A DNA stretch of 63,633 nucleotides, the filler included, from Pseudomonadota bacterium (lineage in GTDB: Bacteria; Bdellovibrionota_F; JAHFAK01; JBDREC01), in the NCBI GenBank assembly GCA_043820105.1. It is 8 parts of 8 records of this genome, joined end to end, with 100 filler letters (N's around TTAATTAATTAA, not from the genome) between each part and the next. Parts side by side here need not be neighbours in the genome. Positions count along the whole stretch, not along the records: positions 1 to 21,502 come from JBDREC010000009.1; 7 more parts are not named here. One strand, written 5' to 3'. Numbering within the stretch: the stretch's first letter is position 1; every line of letters starts with the position of its first letter. The position numbers and the translations under genes were made by a program. The notes beneath the pieces were generated by a model. It was not told the origin of the DNA. It did no database searches and saw only the letters and a program-made list of their open reading frames with translations. This document shows positions 1 to 10,079 of this stretch, in pieces.

Positions 1-82
1 GAGGAATAGACAGATCTTGCTTTTCAATAGATAATATTGGATGGATTAAAATAAAATTAAAGGCTTTTCTCTTAGCTGTCAT
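1..82 (-). CDS. 5' part of an ORF running off the window; N-terminus resembles B12-binding radical SAM enzymes
   Basis: Manual translation MTAKRKAFNFILIHPILSIEKQDLSIP; hydrophobic strand-HP...P pattern; only 27 codons visible. Confidence 0.3.
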   Translation of the reverse strand, partial: MTAKRKAFNFILIHPILSIEKQDLSIP

Positions 83-103
83 ACTTTTATTTAATATATT
101 ATT

Positions 104-196
104 TTAACAAACTCGGGTAATCTTAAATGTCTTTTTCTTAATTGGTACTGAGGGCAGCTTATTAATATATATCTTTGCTTTAGATTTTTGTTTCAT
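104..196 (-). CDS. small basic 30-aa peptide
   Basis: MKQKSKAKIYINKLPSVPIKKKTFKITRVC*, preceded by GGGAGGA RBS (201-207). Confidence 0.5.
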   Translation of the reverse strand: MKQKSKAKIYINKLPSVPIKKKTFKITRVC

Positions 197-517
197 AAAT
201 TCCTCCCATTTTAATTAACAATTATATATTAATTTTCTTAAAACTAGAGGATTGTAATTTGAAGATAAAAGCGCAAGAGAAGTCCCATGAAATAATGTGA
301 TATGATTTGAATAAATTAAAAAAAGTTTCATAATAATTACTCCCAAGCAAATTATTTTTAATTTGTTAGCGCAAGAAATTAATGTTGTCAAACATATTGC
401 GCTGTGCCAAGATTGCCAAGATTAGAAAATCGCAAGGTATCCTTTCGGCATGCGTGTGTGATTTTGTTTTAGAATTGATGTAATAGCACCTCCAAATAAA
501 TAATAAAAAAAGATTAG

Positions 518-748
518 ATGAAAAACAGCAGAATTAGATTTCACGACCTACGACATACTTTTGCAAGCCACTACATGATGAATGGCGGCAATATTTATGA
601 TTTGCAGCTGATACTTGGTCACTCAGACTTAAAGTTAACCAAACGATATGCGCATCTTTCACCAGAGTGCATTGCAAGCAAAGCAGGCATTGTTAGTTTT
701 AATTTGGATTTATTTCAAAACGAAAGTGACAATGTTGTTCATCTTTAG
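518..748 (+). pseudogene. tyrosine recombinase/integrase C-terminal remnant
   Basis: HDLRHTFASH, LGH and catalytic Y (RYAHL) present; no N-terminal domains upstream. Confidence 0.85.
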
Positions 749-799
749 GAAATTCAAGGGTTATATAAAACTCACACCCCTAATACACCCCCAGAACGT

Positions 800-833
800 A
801 AAAAGGGCCTCAGCGAAAATGGCTGAGACCCTT
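800..833 (-). terminator. intrinsic terminator downstream of tRNA-fMet
   Basis: AAGGGTCTCAGC/GCTGAGGCCCTT stem followed by a T-run on the minus strand. Confidence 0.65.
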
Positions 834-845
834 GTAAATACTAAA

Positions 846-919
<74 letters not shown>

Positions 920-1003
920 TCGAAGTTTGAGCTAAAATAGAGATTATTTGTCTTAAGTCAAGTGAAATAATCTTTTCTATTTATTATTTTTCAATAGTTT
1001 CCT

Positions 1004-3853
1004 TTAATTCCCTGTTAAATTCCATAAAACACCAGTTGTAGTAGCTAGGTTAAATAGAATTGTGGTAACTTCAGATGTAATACCAAGCACATCAACAGCA
1101 GGACTAAGATCTTTAGGAACTAAAATTGTGTCACCAGGTTCAATCTTTGTTCCATAGAAGGATCCAAAGAAAATACCGTCATTGTTAAGCTGGCTGATTA
1201 CTGTTCCATCTGACTTAATTACAAACATGTTTTCACTATCAGCTTCTTTTGTTGAACCGCCAACCTTTCCCAGGTAATATTTTACTTTCTCACCCTTAAC
1301 CCAAACAACTGAATTAGGATTATAGACTTCTCCTAAAACGGCAACCGTTTCATTTATACGAGGAATATATAAAGAATCGCCATTATTTACTATTAGATCA
1401 AACTTAGATTCTTGAAAGTCCTCTATATCTGAGGAATCAATTTTAATAATAACTCTTCCTGTAACTTTTGTATCCTTTAATTTGCTAATTATTTCCTTTC
1501 TTAGAGCAACTGTTTGTAAAAGTTTACTTCCTCCTCCTCCCAAATCTTGCTCTGACATATATGCAGTTTCTTCTAAAAGTTGAATTTCTTGTTTTTTCAA
1601 AAGATCATTAAGTCTGGCAAGTTGTAAATCTTTAACAGCAGGTCTTGTAAAAAAAGCACCTTTTAAAAAAGCATAATCCGTATATCCTCCAGCTCTTTGT
1701 AAAATAGAGCTAAGCCTTTCTCCGCTTTTGAAAGCATAAGATCCAGGAAACTTAACTTCGCCCAATAAAGTAATCGTTTGAGATGAATACCAATCAGGAA
1801 TAGATCTAACTGATATATGATCATTAGGACTAATATCAATATTGTGTGCAGGGTCTTCATTCAAGGCTTTTTCCAGGTTTACTTCAATGATCTTTGAAAT
1901 TGTCCCCTCATTAGTATGCGTAATTCTAGTGATCTCAACCCTATCCAGATAAGCTTTCTGGGTCAGGTAGCCTGATAAAAACACAAGATCTTTGACCTTC
2001 ATGCCTTTCAAATAATCAAAGGTTCCTGGTCTTTTAACTTCTCCATCTATTACCACCTTCTTCAAATATCTGTAATCTTCTTCAGAAAAAATAATAATTT
2101 TATCAAGATTTTTAAGTTCAATATTTGAATCTGTTTTTTTTGCAAGGACATCTTTAATATCAAAAAGGATTAAAGTTTCCTCATACTTTGGTGGCAACTT
2201 TCTGTGAATCTCACCCCTACCCATATGTGTATCTCTTTTAAATTGCCCAGCCATGTAAAAAAGATCCAGAAGTTTCATGTTTTTATATAAGAAAAAGGTC
2301 CCTGGCTTTTTAACAGCCCCGTCAATGCTTACATAAGGTTTTTCTTCAACTTCATATTTAGAATAAATATTGATTTCATCAAATTCATTTAACTCTACAT
2401 CATCACTTAAATCGCCAAGAACTAGTTTTTCTAAATTAATCTTAATAAATTCTTTATGATTATCTGGCTGAACTGTTCTAATAATTGTTCCAAATCCCAA
2501 ATAAGGTTCAGGTAAAAGATCCTGATATCCTGTTATTAAATTTGAAAGCTTCATTCCATTGTAAAATTGAAATTTCCCTGGCATAACAACATGACCAGAT
2601 ATAGAAACCGTATTTTTTGTATCTTTTGAAATTGAATATACTTTTACAAGATCTCGATCTTGCAAAGCTATATCAAAGGTTTCAGAGGCATCTTTTTTAA
2701 TCAAACCATTTTTATCTAAGGATGCTTTAAATTCCTTTCGATCAAAGTCAAAATCAAGGACAACCTTTTTCTCATTCTTAACAATGCGTTCAACTTGTAT
2801 TCTTTTAAGAAATGCGTATGGATCAATTCCACCAGCCATGTTAATTGCTTTTCTTAAAGTGAGCTTATCATTTTTCTTGAATTCATATATAGCTGGCCTA
2901 TTAACATTTCCAGCAATTCCTATTACAGGACCAATTTTAGGAATAAAAATGGTATCTCCTGATAAAATTTTCACATCTTTTTTTCTAGTCCCATGCAGCA
3001 AAAACTCATACATATCAAAACTTGAAATAACGTTGCCATCTCGCATTAAACGAATATCTCTTAGAGATCCGGTTTTTGATGGGCCTCCTGTTGAAAAAAG
3101 GGAAGTAAAAAGTGTAGATAAAGAACTTATACTATAACTTCCAGGATTTCTTGATTCACCAACAAAAAACACATTAATAACTCTTAAGTTTTTAAAGGCT
3201 ATGGAGATATCAAAATCAGAATAATACTTAGAAAGAGTATCTCTTAATTTCTTTTCCAAATTCCCAACTGTAATTCCAGCAACTTCAATTGGACCAATGC
3301 GAGGAATAAATATTTTTCCAGTTTTATCAATGGTAACTGTAAGCTCAGTATTTAATTTACCATAAACATTAATTGTAAACATATCTCCAGGTCCAACAAT
3401 ATAATTGGAGCTAACAGGCACATCTGAAACCGGCGCAAATGTTGAAATTCCTCTATTCAATAAGGAATAACCGAATTGCTGGATATTGGCAGTAAGAGGA
3501 TCCATCCTATCCCCAGCAACATTTTTTTCAAGCTTTGAAAACTCTTCTTCTTTTTTTGGGTTAGATTTCCCATCATTGACACCATTGTCTGGGTCTAATA
3601 CTGTTTCAGGAAATTTGTTGTTAGCTGCCCTTTTTTCATATTCAGCTTTTAATTTTGATAAATTATCAGAATTAATATCTTTGCTATCAGCTGCGTCTAA
3701 GGTTAAACTGCTTGGAACTTCTCCAATATTTGATAAAATCGAAGCTGATTTACTTGAGCCTGTATTTTTATCTTGAGCATAAGAAGTAGTAAATGATCCC
3801 AATAAAACCAACACTTGTATTAAATATAATATTTTTGTAATTTGAAATTTCAT
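1004..3853 (-). CDS. polysaccharide export protein with Poly_export and multiple SLBB domains (Wza/KpsD-like)
   Basis: Signal peptide, YIVGPGD motif, repeated GxVxxPGxF/Y SLBB units, IEPGDTILVP near the C-terminus. Confidence 0.9.
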   Translation of the reverse strand: MKFQITKILYLIQVLVLLGSFTTSYAQDKNTGSSKSASILSNIGEVPSSLTLDAADSKDINSDNLSKLKAEYEKRAANNKFPETVLDPDNGVNDGKSNPKKEEEFSKLEKNVAGDRMDPLTANIQQFGYSLLNRGISTFAPVSDVPVSSNYIVGPGDMFTINVYGKLNTELTVTIDKTGKIFIPRIGPIEVAGITVGNLEKKLRDTLSKYYSDFDISIAFKNLRVINVFFVGESRNPGSYSISSLSTLFTSLFSTGGPSKTGSLRDIRLMRDGNVISSFDMYEFLLHGTRKKDVKILSGDTIFIPKIGPVIGIAGNVNRPAIYEFKKNDKLTLRKAINMAGGIDPYAFLKRIQVERIVKNEKKVVLDFDFDRKEFKASLDKNGLIKKDASETFDIALQDRDLVKVYSISKDTKNTVSISGHVVMPGKFQFYNGMKLSNLITGYQDLLPEPYLGFGTIIRTVQPDNHKEFIKINLEKLVLGDLSDDVELNEFDEINIYSKYEVEEKPYVSIDGAVKKPGTFFLYKNMKLLDLFYMAGQFKRDTHMGRGEIHRKLPPKYEETLILFDIKDVLAKKTDSNIELKNLDKIIIFSEEDYRYLKKVVIDGEVKRPGTFDYLKGMKVKDLVFLSGYLTQKAYLDRVEITRITHTNEGTISKIIEVNLEKALNEDPAHNIDISPNDHISVRSIPDWYSSQTITLLGEVKFPGSYAFKSGERLSSILQRAGGYTDYAFLKGAFFTRPAVKDLQLARLNDLLKKQEIQLLEETAYMSEQDLGGGGSKLLQTVALRKEIISKLKDTKVTGRVIIKIDSSDIEDFQESKFDLIVNNGDSLYIPRINETVAVLGEVYNPNSVVWVKGEKVKYYLGKVGGSTKEADSENMFVIKSDGTVISQLNNDGIFFGSFYGTKIEPGDTILVPKDLSPAVDVLGITSEVTTILFNLATTTGVLWNLTGN

Positions 3854-3937
3854 TAATTTAGACCTTAAATTTCTGTTAAAATTATTTTGCGATGGTGATA
3901 CCTACAAAAAAAAAAATTCTAAGTCAATTGCTTATAT

Positions 3938-3970
3938 TAAGTGGTAAGTAGTAAGTGGTAAGTGGTAAGT
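3938..3970 (+). repeat. (TAAGTGG)n heptamer array
   Basis: About 4.7 units in a divergent intergenic region. Confidence 0.9.
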
Positions 3971-4049
3971 TATACAAATTAAGTGAGTGTTTGACAAATT
4001 AATAGAAATAAAGGAAAGAAATTAAAATAATAATTTGTTTAGAATTTTT

Positions 4050-4532
4050 ATGGAAACAAAATTAAATTTTATTGAGAAAATTGTCTCTGGAGCTCAAACT
4101 GGAGTTGATAGGGCGGCATTAGATGTTGCAATGAAATTAGGCATAGCTCATGGTGGATGGGTACCAAAAAATCGATTAGCAGAAGATGGTGAAATAGATA
4201 ATAAATATAATGTTAAAGAAACAAACACCTCAGATTATGCACATAGAACAATACAAAATATAATTAACTCAGACGCTACTTTGATCCTATCTAAAGGGAA
4301 AATATCAGGAGGTTCAGCATATACACTTTTTAAAGCAAAGGAGCATAAAAAGCCAGTTTTATGGTTAAAAATCAATAAAAACCAAGACAGAGCAATTGTA
4401 AAAATCTGTCAATGGCTAAATGAAAATAAACCAAAGATTCTAAACTTAGCAGGACCAAGAGAATCAAAAGAACCTGGGATTTATGATGTTAGTTTTGATT
4501 TTTTAATTCGCTTATTTTCTAACAATTTTTGA
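4050..4532 (+). CDS. SLOG-family protein (putative molybdenum carrier / YpsA-like)
   Basis: KIVSGAQTGVDRAALD, RTIQNIINSDATL, LNLAGPRES; ATG 4050 preferred over TTG 4035. Confidence 0.85.
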   Translation: METKLNFIEKIVSGAQTGVDRAALDVAMKLGIAHGGWVPKNRLAEDGEIDNKYNVKETNTSDYAHRTIQNIINSDATLILSKGKISGGSAYTLFKAKEHKKPVLWLKINKNQDRAIVKICQWLNENKPKILNLAGPRESKEPGIYDVSFDFLIRLFSNNF

Positions 4533-4576
4533 TATTTTCCAATTTATTGGTTGACAGCATAGATGCAGTGTGTTAG

Positions 4577-5206
4577 ATGCACTGTATCAATAATTATACA
4601 AATCCGGATATTATGAAGAAACAAATCAAAGCCTTAAGCTATAATGTTGTAATGTTAATAATAATTACATCCACATGGGGATGCAAGCATATTGATTTAT
4701 CTAAAATTGATAAACTAGACAGTGAAACCTTGAATGAAACTTATTTGGGATCAATCCAAACCTACAAAGTAAGCGGTGATCAGGTCACAAAATTCAGTGA
4801 AACCACGCCTGTTTCCATGACCAGCACAGGAAATGAAGGAGAAGTATTAATTTCTGGTTTAACAGGAATTGGCTCAATACCTTTTAACTCTGGAACTATA
4901 TGGAAATGCTCTGAAGCAGGGGAGCCTAAAAAAGAAACAGCAGGAACAGTTTCAGGCCTAGTGGGAAAAGCCCTTGATAACTATACAATAGAAATACATT
5001 CCTTTGCATATAGAGATGAAAGAGCTGAATTACATGACCTGCAAGTAAGCGGAACAATTGTCTTTGAAGAAAAGAAATCTGTAATGAAAACCGTTGGCCC
5101 TGAACATGTAGTCATAACAGGAGAAGTACCAGATGAAAACTGCATTCCAAAAAGACAAGACCTATCAATCATTAGATTCATAGGCGAAATTTCAACCCCA
5201 ATGTAG
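4577..5206 (+). CDS. hypothetical lipoprotein
   Basis: Signal with TWGC lipobox-like motif; true start may be the downstream MKK. Confidence 0.65.
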   Translation: MHCINNYTNPDIMKKQIKALSYNVVMLIIITSTWGCKHIDLSKIDKLDSETLNETYLGSIQTYKVSGDQVTKFSETTPVSMTSTGNEGEVLISGLTGIGSIPFNSGTIWKCSEAGEPKKETAGTVSGLVGKALDNYTIEIHSFAYRDERAELHDLQVSGTIVFEEKKSVMKTVGPEHVVITGEVPDENCIPKRQDLSIIRFIGEISTPM

Positions 5207-5226
5207 AACTTAGTAAGGGAAAAAAT

Positions 5227-6720
5227 ATGCTCTATTTCAGAACTTATAATTTAATTGTAATAAAATCATTAATAATCATTATTTTACTTTTTTCTTTTTC
5301 CTTCGTATTTACTTCATGCAAAAATAAACTAGCAGACAATGCAAGTGTAAATGAACTAAAACCATTGAAGCTAATAAAATGCGAACCAGTAGCTCCAGGT
5401 GATGGAGACGGAGATGGCGATGGTGATGGTGGTGGAGACGGTGATGGAGATGGTGACGGTGATGGCGACGGTGATGGCGACGGAGCTGGAGAAGCTATCT
5501 TTACAGGAAAAAAGCTTACATATAGCTCTGGAAATGGAGAAATACAAATAAAGGCAAGTCTTCCCATTGATCCTGCTGATGTGTCAACTGACTTAATAAT
5601 CGATGTAGATGATGCTGACATTATTAAAAATATTAGTTTTGATAATTTTAAAATAAATGATGCTGCTATAAACGAAAATGCCATAACACTTCTTGAAAAA
5701 ACCCTAAAAGATCCTGGCATTGGAAACGAATTTAATGTTGATTTTGATATCGAGCTTACAAAAAATGAAATAGCTGGAATGCTAAAAAACCTTCCTGCTG
5801 GATCTTTGGATAATGTTGATGCTGATATTATTGAAGGAATATTAAAAACAAAATTTATTTTCTCCGAAGAAATAAATCGCTTAGCAATAAAATTTGATTT
5901 AATTATCACAACTGAAAGCATGCAAGCTCACATTAACGCAATCGCTCTTGAAATCACAGGAACCTTAAACATGAGCCTAACTAAAGAAGAAAAAATAGAA
6001 GCAAAAGATAAACCAAAGCAAGAAGAAGAACCTGAACCGCAGGAAGAACCTGAACCACAAGAAGACCCAGAACCACAGGATGACCCAGAACCACAGGATG
6101 ATCCAGCTCCACCTGATCCAACACCAGGGCAAGCTCAAGAGCCAAATTATTTAATTGAAACACCTTTCACAGAACAAAACCCTGATGAAGTGTTTAATTT
6201 TGATTGTTCAAATGGCTCATCAAATCCAAATGATTTTTTAAACCAACTAACAAAAAAAGATCAGGCAGGCATTGAGATGAGCTTTTTTATATCACTTGAA
6301 TCTTTAGGCTTTTCTGGAATGGGTATTACAATAAATGAAAAAGTCCTTTTTCCAACGGATGAAAATCCTAACTTTATTGTAACAGACCTTGAACCTGAGC
6401 TTCCTGAAGCGCTTCAAGCTTATGAGCCAGTTCCTAATGCTGACGAATTTCCATCATCTTGTTTTCTAGCAGGAAATGGTGAGGTCAGAGTTTCTTTTGA
6501 AAATATGATTGTTGATGTATTGGCAAGTGGCGCGTCATTTATGAAAGTAAAAATCAATGTAAAATTATTATTACTAATAGAAGATGGTAAAATTAAGGTA
6601 TTAGCTCCTGAAGATGATTATTACAATATCTTAGCATATATAGCCCTAAATAACATGGACTTGACAGAAGAAGAAATGACAAAAATTGCTGTGGAAGATA
6701 TTGAAATAAACGACTTGTAA
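5227..6720 (+). CDS. acidic lipoprotein with (GD)n and EPEPQ(E/D) repeats
   Basis: FTSC lipobox; GD tract about 5398-5484; Pro/acidic repeats about 6020-6110. Confidence 0.75.
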   Translation: MLYFRTYNLIVIKSLIIIILLFSFSFVFTSCKNKLADNASVNELKPLKLIKCEPVAPGDGDGDGDGDGGGDGDGDGDGDGDGDGDGAGEAIFTGKKLTYSSGNGEIQIKASLPIDPADVSTDLIIDVDDADIIKNISFDNFKINDAAINENAITLLEKTLKDPGIGNEFNVDFDIELTKNEIAGMLKNLPAGSLDNVDADIIEGILKTKFIFSEEINRLAIKFDLIITTESMQAHINAIALEITGTLNMSLTKEEKIEAKDKPKQEEEPEPQEEPEPQEDPEPQDDPEPQDDPAPPDPTPGQAQEPNYLIETPFTEQNPDEVFNFDCSNGSSNPNDFLNQLTKKDQAGIEMSFFISLESLGFSGMGITINEKVLFPTDENPNFIVTDLEPELPEALQAYEPVPNADEFPSSCFLAGNGEVRVSFENMIVDVLASGASFMKVKINVKLLLLIEDGKIKVLAPEDDYYNILAYIALNNMDLTEEEMTKIAVEDIEINDL

Positions 6721-6772
6721 GAAAAATATACAAACCCCTTTTTAAAAATTATCTATTGCAACTATTGCTACA

Positions 6773-6788
6773 TGGCACACAATTTGCT
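6773..6788 (+). promoter_or_regulatory. sigma-54 -24/-12 promoter
   Basis: TGGCAC-ACAAT-TTGCT. Confidence 0.75.
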
Positions 6789-6833
6789 ATAATATTAAAA
6801 TAATACTAATTTATTATTGATTTTGAGACAAAA

Positions 6834-7976
6834 GTGGGTCTAATGAAAAAGAAAACATGTTTTAACATACTATTATTATTAATATTTTCTCTAATTCTCT
6901 TTTCATGTCAAAAACCACTAAAAGTGCTTAAGGTTAGTCCCGATGATGAAACTAGTGATGTTGAAAAAAACCCAGAAATTATTATAGAATTCACAACTGC
7001 AGTAAATCCAGACACCTTAAATTCAGATACTATTTATTTACAGGCAGTTGATGGAGAAAACACAGAAGCTGCAAGTAAAAAAACTGAAGAACCAAGCACA
7101 AATGATGAAGCAGGCACTACAGAACAAAGCCCTGCCCAAAAAGGTAAATCAGAGCAATACAAGCTATCTTCTACTAAGGTTACAGGAACTTATGAGATCG
7201 TTGATGGAAAGCCAAATGTTGTTAGATTTATGCTAAACAGGCTTTTAGATGGTGGAACAACATATGTTTTAACAGTTGGACAAGATACAGCAAATTCAAA
7301 ATCAAAAGACAGAGAAAAATCAGATATTAAAACAGTTAGGTCAAAACCACTGAACCAGATCGAAAATGCTGATCAAAAGAGCAAAAAGGACAAAAAACTT
7401 GGCCTTCCTTTAATTAAACAACATCAATCTGAATTTACAACTGCCATCGCAGATGATGAAAAATTTACTAGCAAAGATGTAAACACCGTCTTATTGCTTG
7501 GCTTAAAGGATCAAGACAAAGCAATTCTTTTTAAAAATGGTGTGTTAAGAGTTGAATTTAATAAACCCATGGATCCTGAAACATTTTCATCTAGTTTTAA
7601 GATTACAAAATTAAGAGCAAGTGAAAATGAAGCTGATTCAGTGCTAAGTTTAAAATTTTATCTAATTGAGCCTGCTCCAAAAGAAGAAGGATCAGAAGAA
7701 GAAGCAAGTGCTCGTTTTACAATGTATCTCGTAACAAGCAAATCATTTGAGTTTTTAAAAGGAAATTATCAATATTCAATGTCAACTGAAGATGCTTTAA
7801 TAATACCCGCAACTAATTTTTCTTCAGTGGATGAAGCTGAATTAATAAAGAAAACTGAAGGAGAAGGCGAGGAAGCTAAAGAAACAGAAGTAAGAAAAGA
7901 ACCTGAAGATTATATTGATTTAGAAGCTGGTGAAAAGCTTACTCCGCTTGAAGACTTGGGGAAATCTGAGACATAG
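6834..7976 (+). CDS. lipoprotein with Ig-like (Big_5/SbsA-type) domains
   Basis: LFSC lipobox; VSPDD..DV...P.I.IEF..VNPDT and VEFNKPMDPET motifs. Confidence 0.75.
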   Translation: MGLMKKKTCFNILLLLIFSLILFSCQKPLKVLKVSPDDETSDVEKNPEIIIEFTTAVNPDTLNSDTIYLQAVDGENTEAASKKTEEPSTNDEAGTTEQSPAQKGKSEQYKLSSTKVTGTYEIVDGKPNVVRFMLNRLLDGGTTYVLTVGQDTANSKSKDREKSDIKTVRSKPLNQIENADQKSKKDKKLGLPLIKQHQSEFTTAIADDEKFTSKDVNTVLLLGLKDQDKAILFKNGVLRVEFNKPMDPETFSSSFKITKLRASENEADSVLSLKFYLIEPAPKEEGSEEEASARFTMYLVTSKSFEFLKGNYQYSMSTEDALIIPATNFSSVDEAELIKKTEGEGEEAKETEVRKEPEDYIDLEAGEKLTPLEDLGKSET

Positions 7977-8032
7977 GTTAGGCCCAAAATATATATTTTT
8001 TGAAAACAGTGTTTTTTTTTAAAAATAATTAA

Positions 8033-8275
8033 GGATCATCTCCAATTTGAATACCTAAACAATAGAGCAGCAGTTTTCAGTTAAAGCTGAGAAAAAGAGC
8101 GCAAAAAATCATTAGCCTTATCTTAATCCTAATCATAATCATAATCCTAAGATTAATCCAATGGTTTCATGTCTAGAAATATTTATTTCAATTTTAATAT
8201 CATGGAATAGATAGAACAGTGTTTTATATTTTCAGAATAATTATTCTTGGTGGGTACTCAAAATGGAGATGAGCC
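8033..8275. mobile_element. MITE (non-autonomous IS derivative), 243 bp
   Basis: 23-bp terminal inverted repeats (20/23 match) and ATAATTAA direct repeats at 8025-8032 and 8276-8283. Confidence 0.75.
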
Positions 8276-8376
8276 ATAATTAATAAGCAATAATTAACAA
8301 TTAATAATTAATGTAAGAGTTTAGTTCACTTGACATACCCGTGTAATTAATTAAATAGACCAATACACTAATTATT

Positions 8377-9426
8377 ATGGTCAAACAAATGGAAGTTATT
8401 ATTACAGGCGCGCCCTCAAGTGGCAAATCAACTTTTCTTAATGCTCTAACAGGCGAAAAAGGCCAGTTCACAGATAAAACAAATATTGGAAATGTTCTTA
8501 TTCCTGATGAAAGAATTGATTATTTAGTTACAATCTTTAAACCCAAAAAAACAAGCTATGCAAACCTTACCTTTTTTGATACTCCTGCTTCTATAAACAT
8601 AAAGAAAAAAGGCAGCTTTGCAATTGAACTAGCAAACTCAATAAAAACAAGTGATCTAATAACAACAATTATTTCAACTTATGACCTGGCTGATGAAAAC
8701 ACTTTAGATCTTGCTTTAGAAAAAATTGCCTCTAATGAGTCTGAATTAATTTTTTATGATCTTGCTATAATTGAAAAGAGATTAGAAGCTTTTAAAAAAG
8801 AGAAGGTTCATCCATCTGAAAAAGCTCTGCTTGAAAAATTCCATAACACCTTAGTTGAAGAGATTCCTCTTAGAACTCTTGTATTATCAGATGAAGATAA
8901 AGGTTTTATTAGCAAATACTCTTTTTTTTCCTTAAAACCCATTATCTATTTGGTTAATAGAAGTGAAAATTCTGAAGCAATTTTAAATAATGCAAAAATT
9001 ACTGCGTTTAGTAATAAAAACAAGGCCCCCATATATGATAGTCCTTTTAATATTGAAGAAGAAATCTGTGGTCTAGAAAAAAATGAAAAGCTAGACTTTT
9101 TAAAAGAATATGGAATGGAAAACTCAATAAAGGAAGCCTTCTTAAAAAAGGTATTTGAAACCCTTGATCTCATTTCTTTCTTAACAGTAGGAGAACAAGA
9201 AGTCAGAGCCTGGCCAGTAAAAAGAAATATTTCTGCCCACAAAGCAGCTGGCAAAATTCACTCTGATATTGAACGGGGCTTCATAAAAGCAGAAACAATA
9301 GCCTATGATGAATTTCTAAATCACAATGATTTGGTAAAAGCAAAAAATGCAGGCAAACTCCGTCTTGAGGGAAAAGAATATATTGTAAAAGATGGAGATA
9401 TTATTACTTTTATGTTTAATGTTTAA
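8377..9426 (+). CDS. ychF: YchF/Obg-family ATPase (divergent)
   Basis: GAPSSGKST P-loop; TGS-like C-terminus with AAGKIHSDIERGFIKAE and EGKEYIVKDGD. Confidence 0.85.
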   Translation: MVKQMEVIITGAPSSGKSTFLNALTGEKGQFTDKTNIGNVLIPDERIDYLVTIFKPKKTSYANLTFFDTPASINIKKKGSFAIELANSIKTSDLITTIISTYDLADENTLDLALEKIASNESELIFYDLAIIEKRLEAFKKEKVHPSEKALLEKFHNTLVEEIPLRTLVLSDEDKGFISKYSFFSLKPIIYLVNRSENSEAILNNAKITAFSNKNKAPIYDSPFNIEEEICGLEKNEKLDFLKEYGMENSIKEAFLKKVFETLDLISFLTVGEQEVRAWPVKRNISAHKAAGKIHSDIERGFIKAETIAYDEFLNHNDLVKAKNAGKLRLEGKEYIVKDGDIITFMFNV

Positions 9427-9458
9427 AGCGTACAGCGTACAGCGTGGATAATTAACTT

Positions 9459-10079
9459 ATGAAAATTTATTTCAATATTTTACTTCTGTTCTTTGTCTTT
9501 GCTCTTAATCTTCATCCTAATCCTAATCCTAATCCTCAAACCTGCCCATACGAAGAAGCTTACATTCTTAGCGACAAAACTGACCCTAACAATTTCCAAA
9601 ATACCCTTGAAGGAAACTGGGATGTTAAAATTGCTTTTTCAAAATTAAACTGGTTGGTCCGACTAATTATTGGTATATCAGAAGACATCCCAGCAAAAGT
9701 TAGAATCTTTAAAGATAAAGATAACAAAACAAAGGTTAAAGCCTGTATGTCTCGAGCAAAAGCAGCATTTATTTTAAAGTCTGACGAAAAAAAACTCAAA
9801 GACATAAATAAATTTTTGAATTTTTGTGACGAAGAAGTTCAGCATGAAAAATATATTTTTTATGACAAAGAAAATACTATTGATACCTTCTCCTTTTTTA
9901 AATTAGAAAATAGAGAGGATGATGAAAAAGACAGACTTTTTCAAGTTGCCTTTACTATAGAAGAAGATACGTTCAAGGGTAGAATTTTTAACTGTGATGG
10001 AAACCTTAAAAAATTTGGTATCCCATTAAAGGGTGTTACCCTAATCCAATTATTAGGACAAAAAGGCTTGCAGAAATGA
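9459..10079 (+). CDS. hypothetical secreted protein
   Basis: Signal peptide followed by PN repeats; overlaps the tilS start. Confidence 0.65.
   Translation: MKIYFNILLLFFVFALNLHPNPNPNPQTCPYEEAYILSDKTDPNNFQNTLEGNWDVKIAFSKLNWLVRLIIGISEDIPAKVRIFKDKDNKTKVKACMSRAKAAFILKSDEKKLKDINKFLNFCDEEVQHEKYIFYDKENTIDTFSFFKLENREDDEKDRLFQVAFTIEEDTFKGRIFNCDGNLKKFGIPLKGVTLIQLLGQKGLQK

Noticed and set aside
5244..5921. 225-aa ORF with (SP)n tract
   Set aside because: Antisense shadow of the GD-repeat lipoprotein; the same applies to most short ORFs nested in long genes.
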